From NCBI GenBank assembly GCA_002104905.1, contig MCFE01000242.1:1-64000 (forward strand): a stretch of 64,000 nt of DNA, in the 5' to 3' direction. Shown here one piece after another: positions 1 through 10,437 of the stretch. The position numbers and the translations under genes were made by a program. Positions within the stretch are counted from its first letter, which is position 1; each line of letters starts with the position of its first letter. The notes under the pieces were generated by a model, which saw nothing but the letters and a program-made list of their open reading frames with translations, was not told the DNA's origin and made no database searches. The DNA is from Basidiobolus meristosporus CBS 931.73. Lineage: Eukaryota > Fungi > Basidiobolomycota.

Positions 1-212
1 TTTTTAGTTGCAATTTTGGTAGAAGTAATGAGCAGCTGGTTACCAAAGCTGGCATCAATGTTTGTTGGCATAGTATCCCCTTGTAAAGGATATATTCTGG
101 GCTTTTATGAAGCTAGAACCCAGGATATTGTGAGTTGTTGCTTTTGGAAAAGTTGGAATTTAAAAGATATTTCAATGGTATTTTACTAGCATTTTCTGAA
201 TTTTATTTCTTG
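1..212 (-). repeat. Dispersed repeat copy (inverted copy of part of the 2467-2786 insert), truncated by the window edge
   Basis: 1-212 aligns at roughly 70% to the reverse complement of ~2467-2672 (ttagttgcaattttggtagaagtaa vs ttagttgcaatttctggtggaagtaa; ctgaattttatttct vs ctgattttatttct). Confidence 0.75.
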
Positions 213-262
213 GGGTAGGCCACTTGATAGGAATTATGGCCACCAGCTGTCCTCATGACTAA

Positions 263-657
263 TTGGACTTAAAGAAATTTGGTCCATTCAAGATCAAGAA
301 GAAACTTGGCCCAATTGTATACTCACTAAAATTGCCACCTAGTACAGAGATCCACAACATATTTCATGTATTGTCCCTAGAGCCAGTCAATGAAAGTACC
401 CTTCCAAACCAACTCCTGGTAGGCTCCCAAGCCATCCAAGCAGCAACGCATGAAGAGTTAGAAGTCTAACAAGCAAATATATTAGACCTCAACTCTAATA
501 GTTTGTAAACTGGATTGGTTACAGCCCAAATGATTAAACTTTTGAACTAGCAACATACATCTCCAACTGCTAAAATCTTGTTATGCTATTTCACTATACA
601 CACCCTGAGAATCCAAAACCCCAAGTGTATCAAAAGCCCTTTAGATGAGGAGAATAG
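263..657 (+). mobile_element. Degenerate Ty3/gypsy (chromovirus) pol 3' end: integrase GPF/Y module plus chromodomain
   Basis: KKFGPFKIKKKLGPIVYSLKLP..IHNIFHVLSLEP matches the gypsy GPF/Y module. It is followed by broken chromodomain pieces (EELEV, VNWIGYSPND, LVMLFHYTHPENPKP) with stops and frameshifts. Confidence 0.85.
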
Positions 658-935
658 TGTCATGATCACCTGACATCACTGACTATCAATGATCATATCA
701 AATTACATTGGGGAAGAAATCCCAGCTCCTTCAAGAATGTTCTACTAAATTCTAGCAGCTTATGGAGAGTTCCAAGTGAATATTGCTTAATAGAACCAGG
801 TCCATAGACAGAATTATCTGGACCATTACCTTAAGCCAGACATATATAATAAAGATAAGATAAGTAGTACCAAATGGCAGGCTATAAACTGCCAGCAACC
901 TCAATAAAGACAAATTGAACTTGGTTCTAACTCAA
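658..935 (+). mobile_element. Probable 3' LTR of the gypsy element
   Basis: Purine tract agatgaggagaatag (~643-657) immediately followed by TGTCATGA. TATA-like and aataaa signals lie inside. The right end is uncertain. Confidence 0.5.
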
Positions 936-1661
936 CCAGCTTAAGAGGGCTTGTAGCCATCTGAAAGTCCAGACTTTCTTTATTAGGCTATGGATTGCAG
1001 CTTGATGTGTATTATGCAAGGATCATGTCCAGACTTATCATACCCAGTGGGAGCAGTTAGTCAGTGTAATCAGAATTATGAACTTCATGGTATGGCAGCA
1101 GCTGAGAGGATATTTACTTATCTAAAGGAACAGGTGGCTAGTGCTCAAAGTACATTTATAAGGATTCAAAGCATGATCATTTGGAATACTATAATTCAGA
1201 TTGGGGACAAAATCTGAACAGCAGATCCACCACAGGATGCTCCATTCTTTACTGTAAAGAAGCAATTGCATGGAACTCAAGAAAAGCAACTAGCCATAGC
1301 ACTTTCCACCACTGACATGTTGCAAGAGTCTTGAGATATTGATAATGTTTGGGAGAACAAGTGGATTATGTGGCTTTCACTTAATGATTTATTGGATGCA
1401 AAAGTAGTATTTATAATATTACATGATCTTCACATAACAAACACAAAGAATATGCTTTGAAAAGAATGTGTGAAGGTATGGGCCCATGTGAACAACTTTG
1501 AGAATTTTCATGCTTGATCTTGGTGAGAATACTCCAAGTAAATCCTGACAAGAAAGTTGATCAGTATTCTCATAAGATTTTTAGGTAATGATCCAAGAGA
1601 ATTAGTTGTATCACTATTTAGTTGGAATCACGGATTTTTATAACAACAGGGAGAGTGAGTA

Positions 1662-2382
1662 AATAGACCTGTTCCATTGTATAGTGCCACATTGAGCAAT
1701 GAGTTCCAAGTAGTGCCATCATGTGCCAGAGAGGCAAAGCTGGCCCATACTTGGCCACAGAATGTGAGACATAGTTGTTCATCTTAATGTAAAGCAGCCC
1801 CTGTGTCTCACCCAGTCTGCTGGACAAAATCCATATTTTGACCTTTTTTTTGGGATCAATGTTGTGCATGGTGTGTAAGAGCAGGGAAGGAATGAAGACA
1901 TGTATTTGGTACTCAATACCCATGGCACTCTGAATCTAGCTCAAGAGGTTTGTAGCATGTCACAAAATGCATGGGACTATCTGGCATTATAAGTGCTTTG
2001 TATAGATTCTACTTTAGGGCTAATATTTAAATCAAGTGTCCGATTGTACCAGTGGGCCAAGATAGTATCATGCATTTTTATGACATGTTACATACATCTA
2101 GAGCTAGATTCAGAGTGTCATGGGTATTGAGTGCTAAATATATGTCTTTAGTCCTTCTGTGCTCTTACACATCATGCACAACACTGATGCAAAAAAAGCA
2201 GTCAAAAATTTGATTTTCTCCAGCACAGTGGGTGAGACCTAGGGGCTGCTTTGCATGAAGGTGTTGAACTATGTCTCACACTCTGTGGCCAAGTATAGGT
2301 CTGCTTTGCCTTTCTAGCACACTATAGCACTATTTAGCACTCATTAGTCAATGTGATACTATCAAACAGCACAAGTCTAATA
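1662..2382. repeat. Long imperfect inverted repeat (fold-back): ~325-bp arms, ~70-bp loop (1986-2055)
   Basis: gtactcaatacccatggcactctgaatctagctc (left) pairs with gagctagattcagagtgtcatgggtattgagtgc (right); ttggccacagaatgtgagacatagtt pairs with aactatgtctcacactctgtggccaa. Identity ~75-85% by eye. Confidence 0.92.
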
Positions 2383-2466
2383 GACTGTGAGGCTACAAAA
2401 GAGCATTGTGACTAAGAAAGCTTTTTGATGACCTAGGTATATTTCAAAAGCCCCTAACACATTCCA

Positions 2467-2786
2467 TGAGAAATAAAATCAGAAAAAGCCAGCAGAGTAA
2501 CATCACAATATTAGCAAAATTCCCACTTTTCCCAAAGTAACAACTCTGAATATCTCATGAGCCAGCTTCACAGCTGATAGGCTGACATCTTCTCCAGGGG
2601 GAGACTAGGCCAACAAGCAATGTTACCAAACTTGGTAATCAATTGCTAGTTACTTCCACCAGAAATTGCAACTAACAACCTAAAGTAGAAACACCAGCTG
2701 AATACCAGCAAAAAACCATCAGAACTCCTGCTGAATTCTGGCTAAAAACCTATTGAACTCCAACTTTGAGATGTTTCATAGGGATT
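2467..2786 (+). mobile_element. ~320-bp non-autonomous element inserted in copia RNaseH
   Basis: Interrupts the copia PLT|LFQDNQG sequence. Possible 6-bp target duplication ATTCCA at 2461-2466 and 2787-2792. A second copy lies at 1-212. Confidence 0.6.
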
Positions 2787-4486
2787 ATTCCAGGATAATC
2801 AGGGATGTATGCAATTTGGTAGTAATTCAAAATTATATACTAGAACCAGGCTCGTAGGTATTAGACATCAATTCATGAGGGAAGCTATAGAAAGTAAGTT
2901 AGTCAACTTAATTTACATCCCTAGAGATGAAACAATTGCCAACATATTCACAAAGCAATCAACAAAAGAAAATTTTGATTATCTTCATTCATTATTCAAA
3001 CTGGTTGACAAGGATATCTGTTTGGTAGGAGATATTGTAGTTTAGTAATTACACCTAATTATTCTAATTTAGTCACTTGGATCATTACCTACAAATCTTA
3101 GGCTATTCATTATATAGACAAGCATCACTTACAGATTGTAAATCCCCCCAAAACACCTTAGCTCTCTCAATGAGAGCTTCGATTAAGTCAACATTACCCA
3201 ACAAACAATGTTCAAGTCATATTCTTTGCTTAGAATGCCAATAACTCTTATCTGGCTACGTTATTTTTTAGCATTAGTAGTACATGTACATACTTGGCAA
3301 AATAAAGATTTGACCATAATGATGACTTTTCCCTCCCCCACTTTAAGAATAATAGACTATGATCCAAGTGACCAAATCAACTGAATATTCAGACTGAATT
3401 ACAAAATTTGCAACTTTTAGTATATGTAATGGTCCACAAACAATGCTACAGGCAATGAGGCTACATATGAGTACACACCTCTACCTCTGAAGCACCAATT
3501 CCCTCATTCCTCCAGTGCTTCTTCTGTAAAGAGCTTCTAGTCTGTGTGAACACATACTATAACTCTGACATGCCAGTCTTGCCCAAACTCCTTGTTGGGA
3601 TTTACTTCAAATATTTTACTAAACATTAGGTACCCAAAATGGGAGAATTTGTAAGTTGTCCAGAGGCCCCCAAACTCTGAACACATTCTCTTCTGACCTT
3701 CCTAAGCATATTGTGTACATTTATTTTGCCAAGACTACATTGATTAATCATTAAGTGAAAACTGCACCGATTTCTATTCTTCGAATCACTTCCAACAACA
3801 GCATACCCAAGGGCAACAATATTTCCTCAACATCCCGTATTGTTAGTAAGTCTAAAGATTGTCATACAATATTTGCATCCCTTGATTGTCCCTCATTTCT
3901 AGCACTGCCAAGCATAGATTGTAACAAAGTTCACTATCTCCTTTTACACTAGTTTGGAATTAATAGTTACACAACGATTGCAGCATGTGGCTTGTGCATT
4001 TTATTTGAAATCAAGATTTCGCTGATTGGTGATGGTCCAAGTTGGGACCACCCCCTGTCTTTGCCAGATTCAACCAAATTAGAAAAGTAAGCATTCAGTC
4101 TTACATCCATTTCCAAGCGCTAGTGACAGGGATGATTAGCTAAGTCTAACGATTAGAAGCTCTAACAGCACGGATAACACCCCTAATCAATGTGGCGCAC
4201 AACTGCGCTGATTACTCACTACGTACCGGATCCGATCCCAATTGCCCTGAAGAGTAACTATTTGCTAAACCTTGAAAGTTGCTTTGAGGCAACAGTTTTA
4301 TATCAACAAGCGAAAATGAAGTATGCATCATATCTGTCTCGACGGCGGCATAGGAACACGTTACACTGGATAATCTGCCAGTACTCGTTGCCTCACGCAG
4401 CGAATCTCCATATATTCCACATAGCATCAACCGGGACAGCAATGCTCACACATGGGAGTGTTTAGCCAAGGTAATTTACACTGTTC

Positions 4487-4540
4487 ATCTCTGAGAGCAA
4501 ACTAGTCTATACATGATCTCTGAGAGCAAACTAGTCTATA
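4487..4540. repeat. Perfect direct repeat, 25-bp unit x2 (period 29)
   Basis: atctctgagagcaaactagtctata-catg-atctctgagagcaaactagtctata. Confidence 0.95.
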
Positions 4541-5236
4541 TGTGTTATGCTTTGACTCCTCCGCCTGCCCAATGCCAATCAACGAAACCAGACTCCTCAG
4601 TACCCACGACCGCCCTGGCTGTCAAGCATGCACTCTTCTACAGAAGCACTGTTCATGTTGGTTTCTACACTTTTGCATGACCGTTATTATCCTAGCTCTA
4701 TTAGTCAACCAGTTCATGAACATGCTCCGGAATTCTTGATGTATGTCTTGGAGCAGGCTCAGCCGACCAACATTTACACAACGGACAAGCGAGTTGTGTT
4801 TACCACCGGCTTTATTTCAGCATAGACCAATCATAGTTATAACCGACATACTCGCATTACAAACTATAACCCCGATGGTTGCCACATTCTATTTCAGCAA
4901 ATCAGAGAATGAGAAAGATGTTCACATATACAGAGCGTGTTAGGGCTAGCGAGCACGGTAAATCCCAGGAAAAAGCTCCTGAGTGGCTACTCCATAAGGC
5001 TATTATTTATTGGAGATTTTCCGCTAACAACTGATGAACTTTGACCATATGCGGCTCAAAGAAGGAGTGTAGAATGCAGCTTGGGAGGTATATAGAGCAA
5101 GGGTTATTTACTTTTACTCTTGTTGATAATTCATTCTATCTTCACTTCTACGCAACCAAGGATGATGCATGAATCAGGCTTCACCAAACCAGATTCAGTA
5201 CGGCACATTTGTGTGATACCCTTAGTAAAACCCTAC

Positions 5237-5428
5237 TTAATATCTAGTATGGCTCCTTTGTGTAATACCCTTTTTAATACCCCATTTGTGTAATACCCTT
5301 ATTAATACCCTATTTAATATACTACTGAAACTCATGCAACGCTTGGTGTTTCTACTATTGTCATGGAAATTTCTCACAACCTGCATGTAAATATGATCGG
5401 GAATACTGCCACAATACAGTGGATTCAA
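5237..5428 (-). pseudogene. Possible retroelement integrase remnant containing a taataccc tandem repeat (5257-5320)
   Basis: IPDHIYMQVVRNFHD loosely resembles the gypsy integrase IPxxxRxxVLxxxHD. The region is CpG-poor and has a 28-bp unit x2 built from taataccc subrepeats. Confidence 0.3.
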
Positions 5429-5729
5429 GCCAGTATCATGCGCCTTAGATAATATTTTAATCCAGGGGGCTTCAACATTTGATCTACTCCTCTTGTAGGA
5501 TCATATTCATTTACTGCATCAAATGCCTGACAAACTCACGAATATTCCCCATTTCGAGTGGTATAAAGGCCAGCCAAATCTCCTCAGGAATTCTTTTAGG
5601 AATCCTGTCACTCTAATGAGCACAAAATATCCATTCAACAAGACAAATATATCTTCCCGCTCCTGCTTTGACTTGATAGAATCCCCATTCACCCTAGATG
5701 TCGATAGAGTAGCTCGTTCTGTTGGTTCC

Positions 5730-6707
5730 ATGAAAGATCATGATTCTTGTATCGGTGAGTAAACGCCTCTCCCGACGGATCCTGCTGCTGGATACTGACA
5801 TTATCTTTCTTTAGATCTGAAAAGAAGCACCTTGCCACTACCTTACCCAAGCTCTGATGACGAGAGAACCAGCAACCTAGCATACATAGAGCCGGGCAGC
5901 AAGAAGTCTCAACGTTTGGAAGAGGCTGCCACCTGGCAGAGTCCCAGCGTGTACAATGACTATCACAACAGCACCAGACCGGAGACGGACAATAGAGTAC
6001 CAGAAGGGGGGATGGCGAACCCACAGTTAAGCCAAGACTTTTATAACCGCCGGCATGAGTACCAGTCGCCTGAGATCGACCTTCAACTACAATACATCCT
6101 ACAGACCATATTTCAGGACGGGTTTAATGACACATCAGATGATTTGGGAATGAAGGCTAAACGGAAGCGGGCAAGCCCGGAGCAGCTGCGTATATTGAAC
6201 CTCGTATTCCAGCACACCTTCTTTCCCTCTACTGAGCTGAGGAGTCAACTGGCTCGGCACCTACGGATGAGCCCTAGAGCAGTGCAGATTTGGTTCCAGA
6301 ATAAGAGACAATCCTGGAAGCTGTCCAAACATAAGCGCGCGGACAACGCGCCCTCCGTAACTAGAAGCCCATCACCTTATCCCAAGCGAGATCCGACCTC
6401 AGCTGTGACGGGCACTACCTCTAGACAATTGCCTGGCTTTTCGGAACTGGCGGGTCTGAACGCTCCCAACAATACCGCGGTGGAGGATCCAACACAGGAG
6501 ATAGGAATGTTGCGCAACAGCATTCCAGAATCGACAATACCAGTCCTTCCGCCTTTGCAGCAGGTGTTCACGAAATCATCCCCCGGGTCCCAAATGCCAC
6601 AACTACCTCCCATCAATCACCTTATCCGGCAGAACTTTCCGTTTACCTTAATTTTGTACTGTCGCCCACAAAAACCCTGTCAATATAATTTTGCCTACTC
6701 GATCTAA
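5730..6707 (+). CDS. Homeodomain transcription factor (Yox1/Yhp1-like), 2 exons
   Basis: Exon 1 5730-5754, intron gtgagt..ctgac..ttag 5755-5814. Homeodomain KAKRKRASPEQLRIL..FFPSTELR..AVQIWFQNKRQ. Confidence 0.92.
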
Positions 6708-7030
6708 TTATCTGCGTTACGGCTTTCATGTTCTAATTACCTGCATCATGGAATTCATTGCCACTCACTCACATCCTCAATGCTTGATTGATCAATAAAA
6801 GCAAGAGCATGAAACACCGGAAATTAATAGCGCGGTGCAGCATAGCAAAAATGGTGTTCAGGCACTGTTGCAACAACATAGAAGGTGTCAGGAGTGAGGT
6901 CAAACATGGTCTAATTCCTTGTGCGAGCTAGGATTAATCAGGCTAAATTGGGAGGAGGGGACAAGGGATTCCTTAATTGGTTATAGTTACAACATTTCCT
7001 CACACCACCTTGTGTCTGTTTCGGGATGTT

Positions 7031-7560
7031 TCAATGGGTTAGGGTTAATAATGCAGCCTTAATAACATGAAGATCCAGCATGATTACGAAATAGCAGCGT
7101 CGAAGGCATGAAATAATGGATTCCTGATCAGCCTCATGCATCCAAGACACGTGCTGTACCGACCCCACCAGGAAACTGACTGCATGAGGCTGCGCATTAC
7201 ATCCTTCCTGAGGATCTCTCCTAGTTTCATTGATTTCTCGTTCCAAATACGTATCCCAATTCCATGTCATCGCAAATGAAATTTCGTGATGAAAAGCAAT
7301 ACATTGCTGCACCGCTTGCTGAAAAGCAGCCTGATCGATTGAGTCAGAATTTTGCACCTACGTAGCTGGGATCACTACGTAACTGATACAAGTGGCTTCC
7401 TCTCTCCGCAGAAGATGGCCACTCGTTTGAAACGCGCTCCCACATCATCTGTCAAAAACGGACGCCCATTCGCTTGCTTCGACACTGCTGTTGCTGTCCT
7501 TGCCTCAACCCTCCGGATACGGCTAGTGAGTAAGACATCGCTTCGAGCCAATGTTTTCTG
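7031..7560 (-). CDS. Possible unknown multi-exon gene or fragment between the homeobox genes
   Basis: Two open, protein-like segments (HIFGQKTLARSDVLL..RFKRVAIFCGERKPL; VQNSDSIDQAAFQQAVQQ..TLTH) flanked by AG/GT sites. No consistent start could be built. Confidence 0.3.
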
Positions 7561-8264
7561 ACCAAATATATGCTACGCGAAGTAGGTAAAATGGATCCCA
7601 TACAGAGATCATCAGAAAATGGGATGCGAAGAACACCGGGTTTCAGGAGGCGTGAAACCTTGATGCGTAACCAGAACATTGTTGAATTAGAGTGGCAAAT
7701 AATACTTAGCGGGGGTGACGCATGGAGACTTTGGAGTAGATCGGGGGGATGAATTAGCTATATTCGATCGGGAATGGATGCGTGAAGGATGCGTGAATGG
7801 ACGCCGGATGAGATTCCGAAATTAGCCTTCACCGATTGATGGGCTGGGGTCCCAGTGTCCACTCTGTGGCTCGACCAGGCGGCTCGGCGATTCCCATCCA
7901 GATGACTCGACAGCACAGGGTTTCCATACCAAACAATGGATGAGATATATTTAAAAAGACCAATTTTTCGCAACTGCGACAAAAATCAACGGAACACTAT
8001 GTACAATGGTAGTAGCGTGGTGGAGAGGGATGGGATGGGATGGGATCATTACTACTCAATACAGTAACAGAGTGAATGGAGTCAAGTTGATGTTCTATCG
8101 GTATGATTGAGTGGTCAAATAATTTTGATTCAAAAGGATCCCAGGTACGGGCTGTTCAGTGGTTATGTGAGGGCCTCTCCGCACTTCCATGGCTCAAAAC
8201 AATCGAAATATATATGCAACAAAAAAGGTATAAACCAATTGGAATTGCCACAGGCGCTCCTCTC

Positions 8265-9278
8265 TTAATAACGGAACGATCCCGCACCAATAGTTCGGGG
8301 CTCTTGTTTGATAATCTCATTCAACGACGGAAGTAGTGGGCGACTGGGCTCGATGGGGCGGCTCTCAACACAAGGAGCAGAATGCTGGATGCTGTAGTCA
8401 GTCGTGATGTTGGATTCCAAATGCGAGATAGGCGGCAATTGAAGGCTGTTGTTGGTGGATTGCATTGCGTAGGCTGGTGAAGAACAGGCTGAAGACTTCG
8501 GAGATGCGATGGTTGGGGTGGTGGCGGCGCTTGTTTCTGGGGATGATGGGATATCCTCAAACTTCTCATTTTTGTTTGCGAAGAATTTGTTTCTTATACG
8601 CCAGGCTTGACGTTTGTTTTGAAACCATATCTGGACCGTTCGAGGGCTCATGCCTAGCTGTTTGCCTAGCTGGATGCGGAGCTCGGTGGAGGGGAAGAAT
8701 GTTTGTTGGAATAGCTGGTTGAGAACTTTTAATTGGGTGGCATTCGCCCTCTTGCGCTTGGGCTTGACAGCGGAGGGGCACTGGGACTCCTCAGCTGGAT
8801 GGGGGTAACCGGGAGGCAGGTATTGCACATCGTATGGATGGTATCGTGGCAAGTCCATGCCTAGGGCAGCAGAGCCCGGCGTTACGAAGACGGGGTTACT
8901 CGACTCATATCGGGCTTTGTCGGGGCTTCCGTAAATATTCTGGCCCAGACCAACTTCGCGAAGGTTACACTGCGCGTTGGGTGGGGCATTCTGTAAACCA
9001 GGTTTATGATGGTTTTGGGAGGGATAGTAAGGAGCCCTTGATTGGTTAGAGGGTAAATAGCCACCTCGAAACTCCGGATACATCGCAGGATGGTTGGTGC
9101 TGTGGTAACGAGTCGCGCTCACACCATATTGGTCATTAAATTCATGATTTGTCGAGGGAAAGCCGCCTTTGTATGCTCTCTGACTAAGGTGGCTACTATA
9201 GTGTGTGGCGATAGACGAGAGGTTCCTCGAGGTTGAGGAGTAAGGAGGCTCGACGGTCGCGTAGTTGTGAGAATCCAT
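8265..9278 (-). CDS. Homeodomain transcription factor, paralog of 5730-6707
   Basis: 337-aa ORF with KPKRKRANATQLKVL..FFPSTELR..TVQIWFQNKRQAWR. Confidence 0.95.
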   Translation of the reverse strand: MDSHNYATVEPPYSSTSRNLSSIATHYSSHLSQRAYKGGFPSTNHEFNDQYGVSATRYHSTNHPAMYPEFRGGYLPSNQSRAPYYPSQNHHKPGLQNAPPNAQCNLREVGLGQNIYGSPDKARYESSNPVFVTPGSAALGMDLPRYHPYDVQYLPPGYPHPAEESQCPSAVKPKRKRANATQLKVLNQLFQQTFFPSTELRIQLGKQLGMSPRTVQIWFQNKRQAWRIRNKFFANKNEKFEDIPSSPETSAATTPTIASPKSSACSSPAYAMQSTNNSLQLPPISHLESNITTDYSIQHSAPCVESRPIEPSRPLLPSLNEIIKQEPRTIGAGSFRY

Positions 9279-9723
9279 GGAATATAGATACCTTGACTTG
9301 CAATACTAAAGCAGAGAGGAGATTACAACAAGAAATGGTATATATAGCAAACTGAGAGTACAGCTCTCCTAGAACCCACGCCATAAGCAAGACCTTGACG
9401 GCCTTTTATATGGCTGGTTAATATGTGTCACTGCAGACATGAAATGGTTCTATTGGGCAAATGGCGATTAGGATCCCGAATGAGCCCTAGACTTGAAAAC
9501 ATTGATTAACATGCTGGACTAAGGTTGCTCCCCACTCCTCCATTTGAAACCATTCTATAATGAAAAGCAAATTAACTCGGATCGGAGTGTGTGAAAGGTG
9601 GATCAGAGATGGGGTTAGGGTCCATGAAGTGAAATCAGGGTTGTGTGGGCTCAGTGATACACAAATCCGCTGTTTTCCGAGGCGATCTCCTACCGCTATA
9701 TTGTGAGCTTGGCGGCGGTGCGT

Positions 9724-9808
9724 TTTAGCCTGCGAATTATGGGTTTTGTCGGGATGAGATTTAGGCTGCGAATGATTGATTTTGTGGTGGTGGATTTAGG
9801 CGGCGAAT
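9724..9808. repeat. Three copies of a 14-bp motif TTTAG(C/G)C(T/G)GCGAAT, spacing 36 and 35 bp
   Basis: Copies at 9724, 9760 and 9795, ~450-530 bp upstream of the second homeobox ATG. Confidence 0.8.
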
Positions 9809-10352
9809 CTATTGCAAATACATTTTAAGAAATGCTCTGAGCGGTGGTAGGATTAATGGGTGATCTGAGTACAATCCGCGCAAAGTTGGAGCTAATCTTT
9901 CTGGTGAAACACTGTTGCATATGTACTTTCCCAGCAGGCAAGGTTGGCGGAGTCCAGACTTTGTGTGATCTATTGGATTTTGGTGTAAAAGCGTGTGCAT
10001 CACGACCAAGTGTGAACTAAGCTCTGTTGCTACGTGTCATCCCGTGTGAATCATGGAGGACCTGAGCCCAAGCCCTGGTGAGATTAATCACTTCTTAATC
10101 AATAAACCCTATTTAGATTAGCTATCGTTTACTCAACAAGGATGTCAGGCCGGCCTCCTAACGGGTTTCTTTCAGTATAAGAGATGCGAAGGCGGAGGCC
10201 ATTGGTTGGAAATACCATGACCAATGAAATGGGTGTATGCAACATTGTGGCATCTTTTGCACTCGAGTGCTTATGGACTACCATGCCAGCACCCACCTTG
10301 GCCAAGGTAGGTATGCCTGGCAACACCAGTGTAAGATGCTCCGGAGCCAAAA

Positions 10353-10437
10353 CGAGTAACTTACAAATCAAAAGCTCAGAGCGGTAATGACTTACAAATC
10401 AAACCCTCAGAACGGTAACGACTTACAAATCAAAAAG
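10353..10437. repeat. Tandem repeat, period 31 bp, ~2.7 copies
   Basis: Core acttacaaatcaaa at 10359, 10390 and 10421. Confidence 0.92.

Larger units (their letters stand above)
960..3045 (+). mobile_element. Degenerate Ty1/copia RT-RNaseH in three pieces (~960-1315, ~2385-2466, ~2787-3045) separated by insertions
   Basis: SLMCIM..SCPDLSYPVGAVSQ..AAERIFTYLK; AIAWNSRK/QLAIALSTT; CEATKE(A)L*LRKLFDDLGIFQKPLT; LFQDNQG..YTRTRLVGIRHQFMRE..IANIFTK. These match consecutive copia motifs. Confidence 0.85.

Noticed and set aside
1-3760. RIP as the cause of TE decay
   Set aside because: CpA/TpG is abundant and CpG specifically lost, which fits methyl-CpG deamination rather than CpA-to-TpA RIP.
7036-7048. 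GGGTTAGGGTT telomere-like hexamers (also ~9611 and ~35058)
   Set aside because: At most two units, as expected by chance.
5730-9278. Classical HD1/HD2 mating-type locus
   Set aside because: Both genes are the same class and convergent, with no MIP, HMG, TPT or RNA-helicase neighbours visible; kept only as a paralog-pair finding.
9724-10437. CRISPR-like appearance of the short repeat arrays
   Set aside because: Only three units each, related or short spacers, eukaryotic context and no cas genes.
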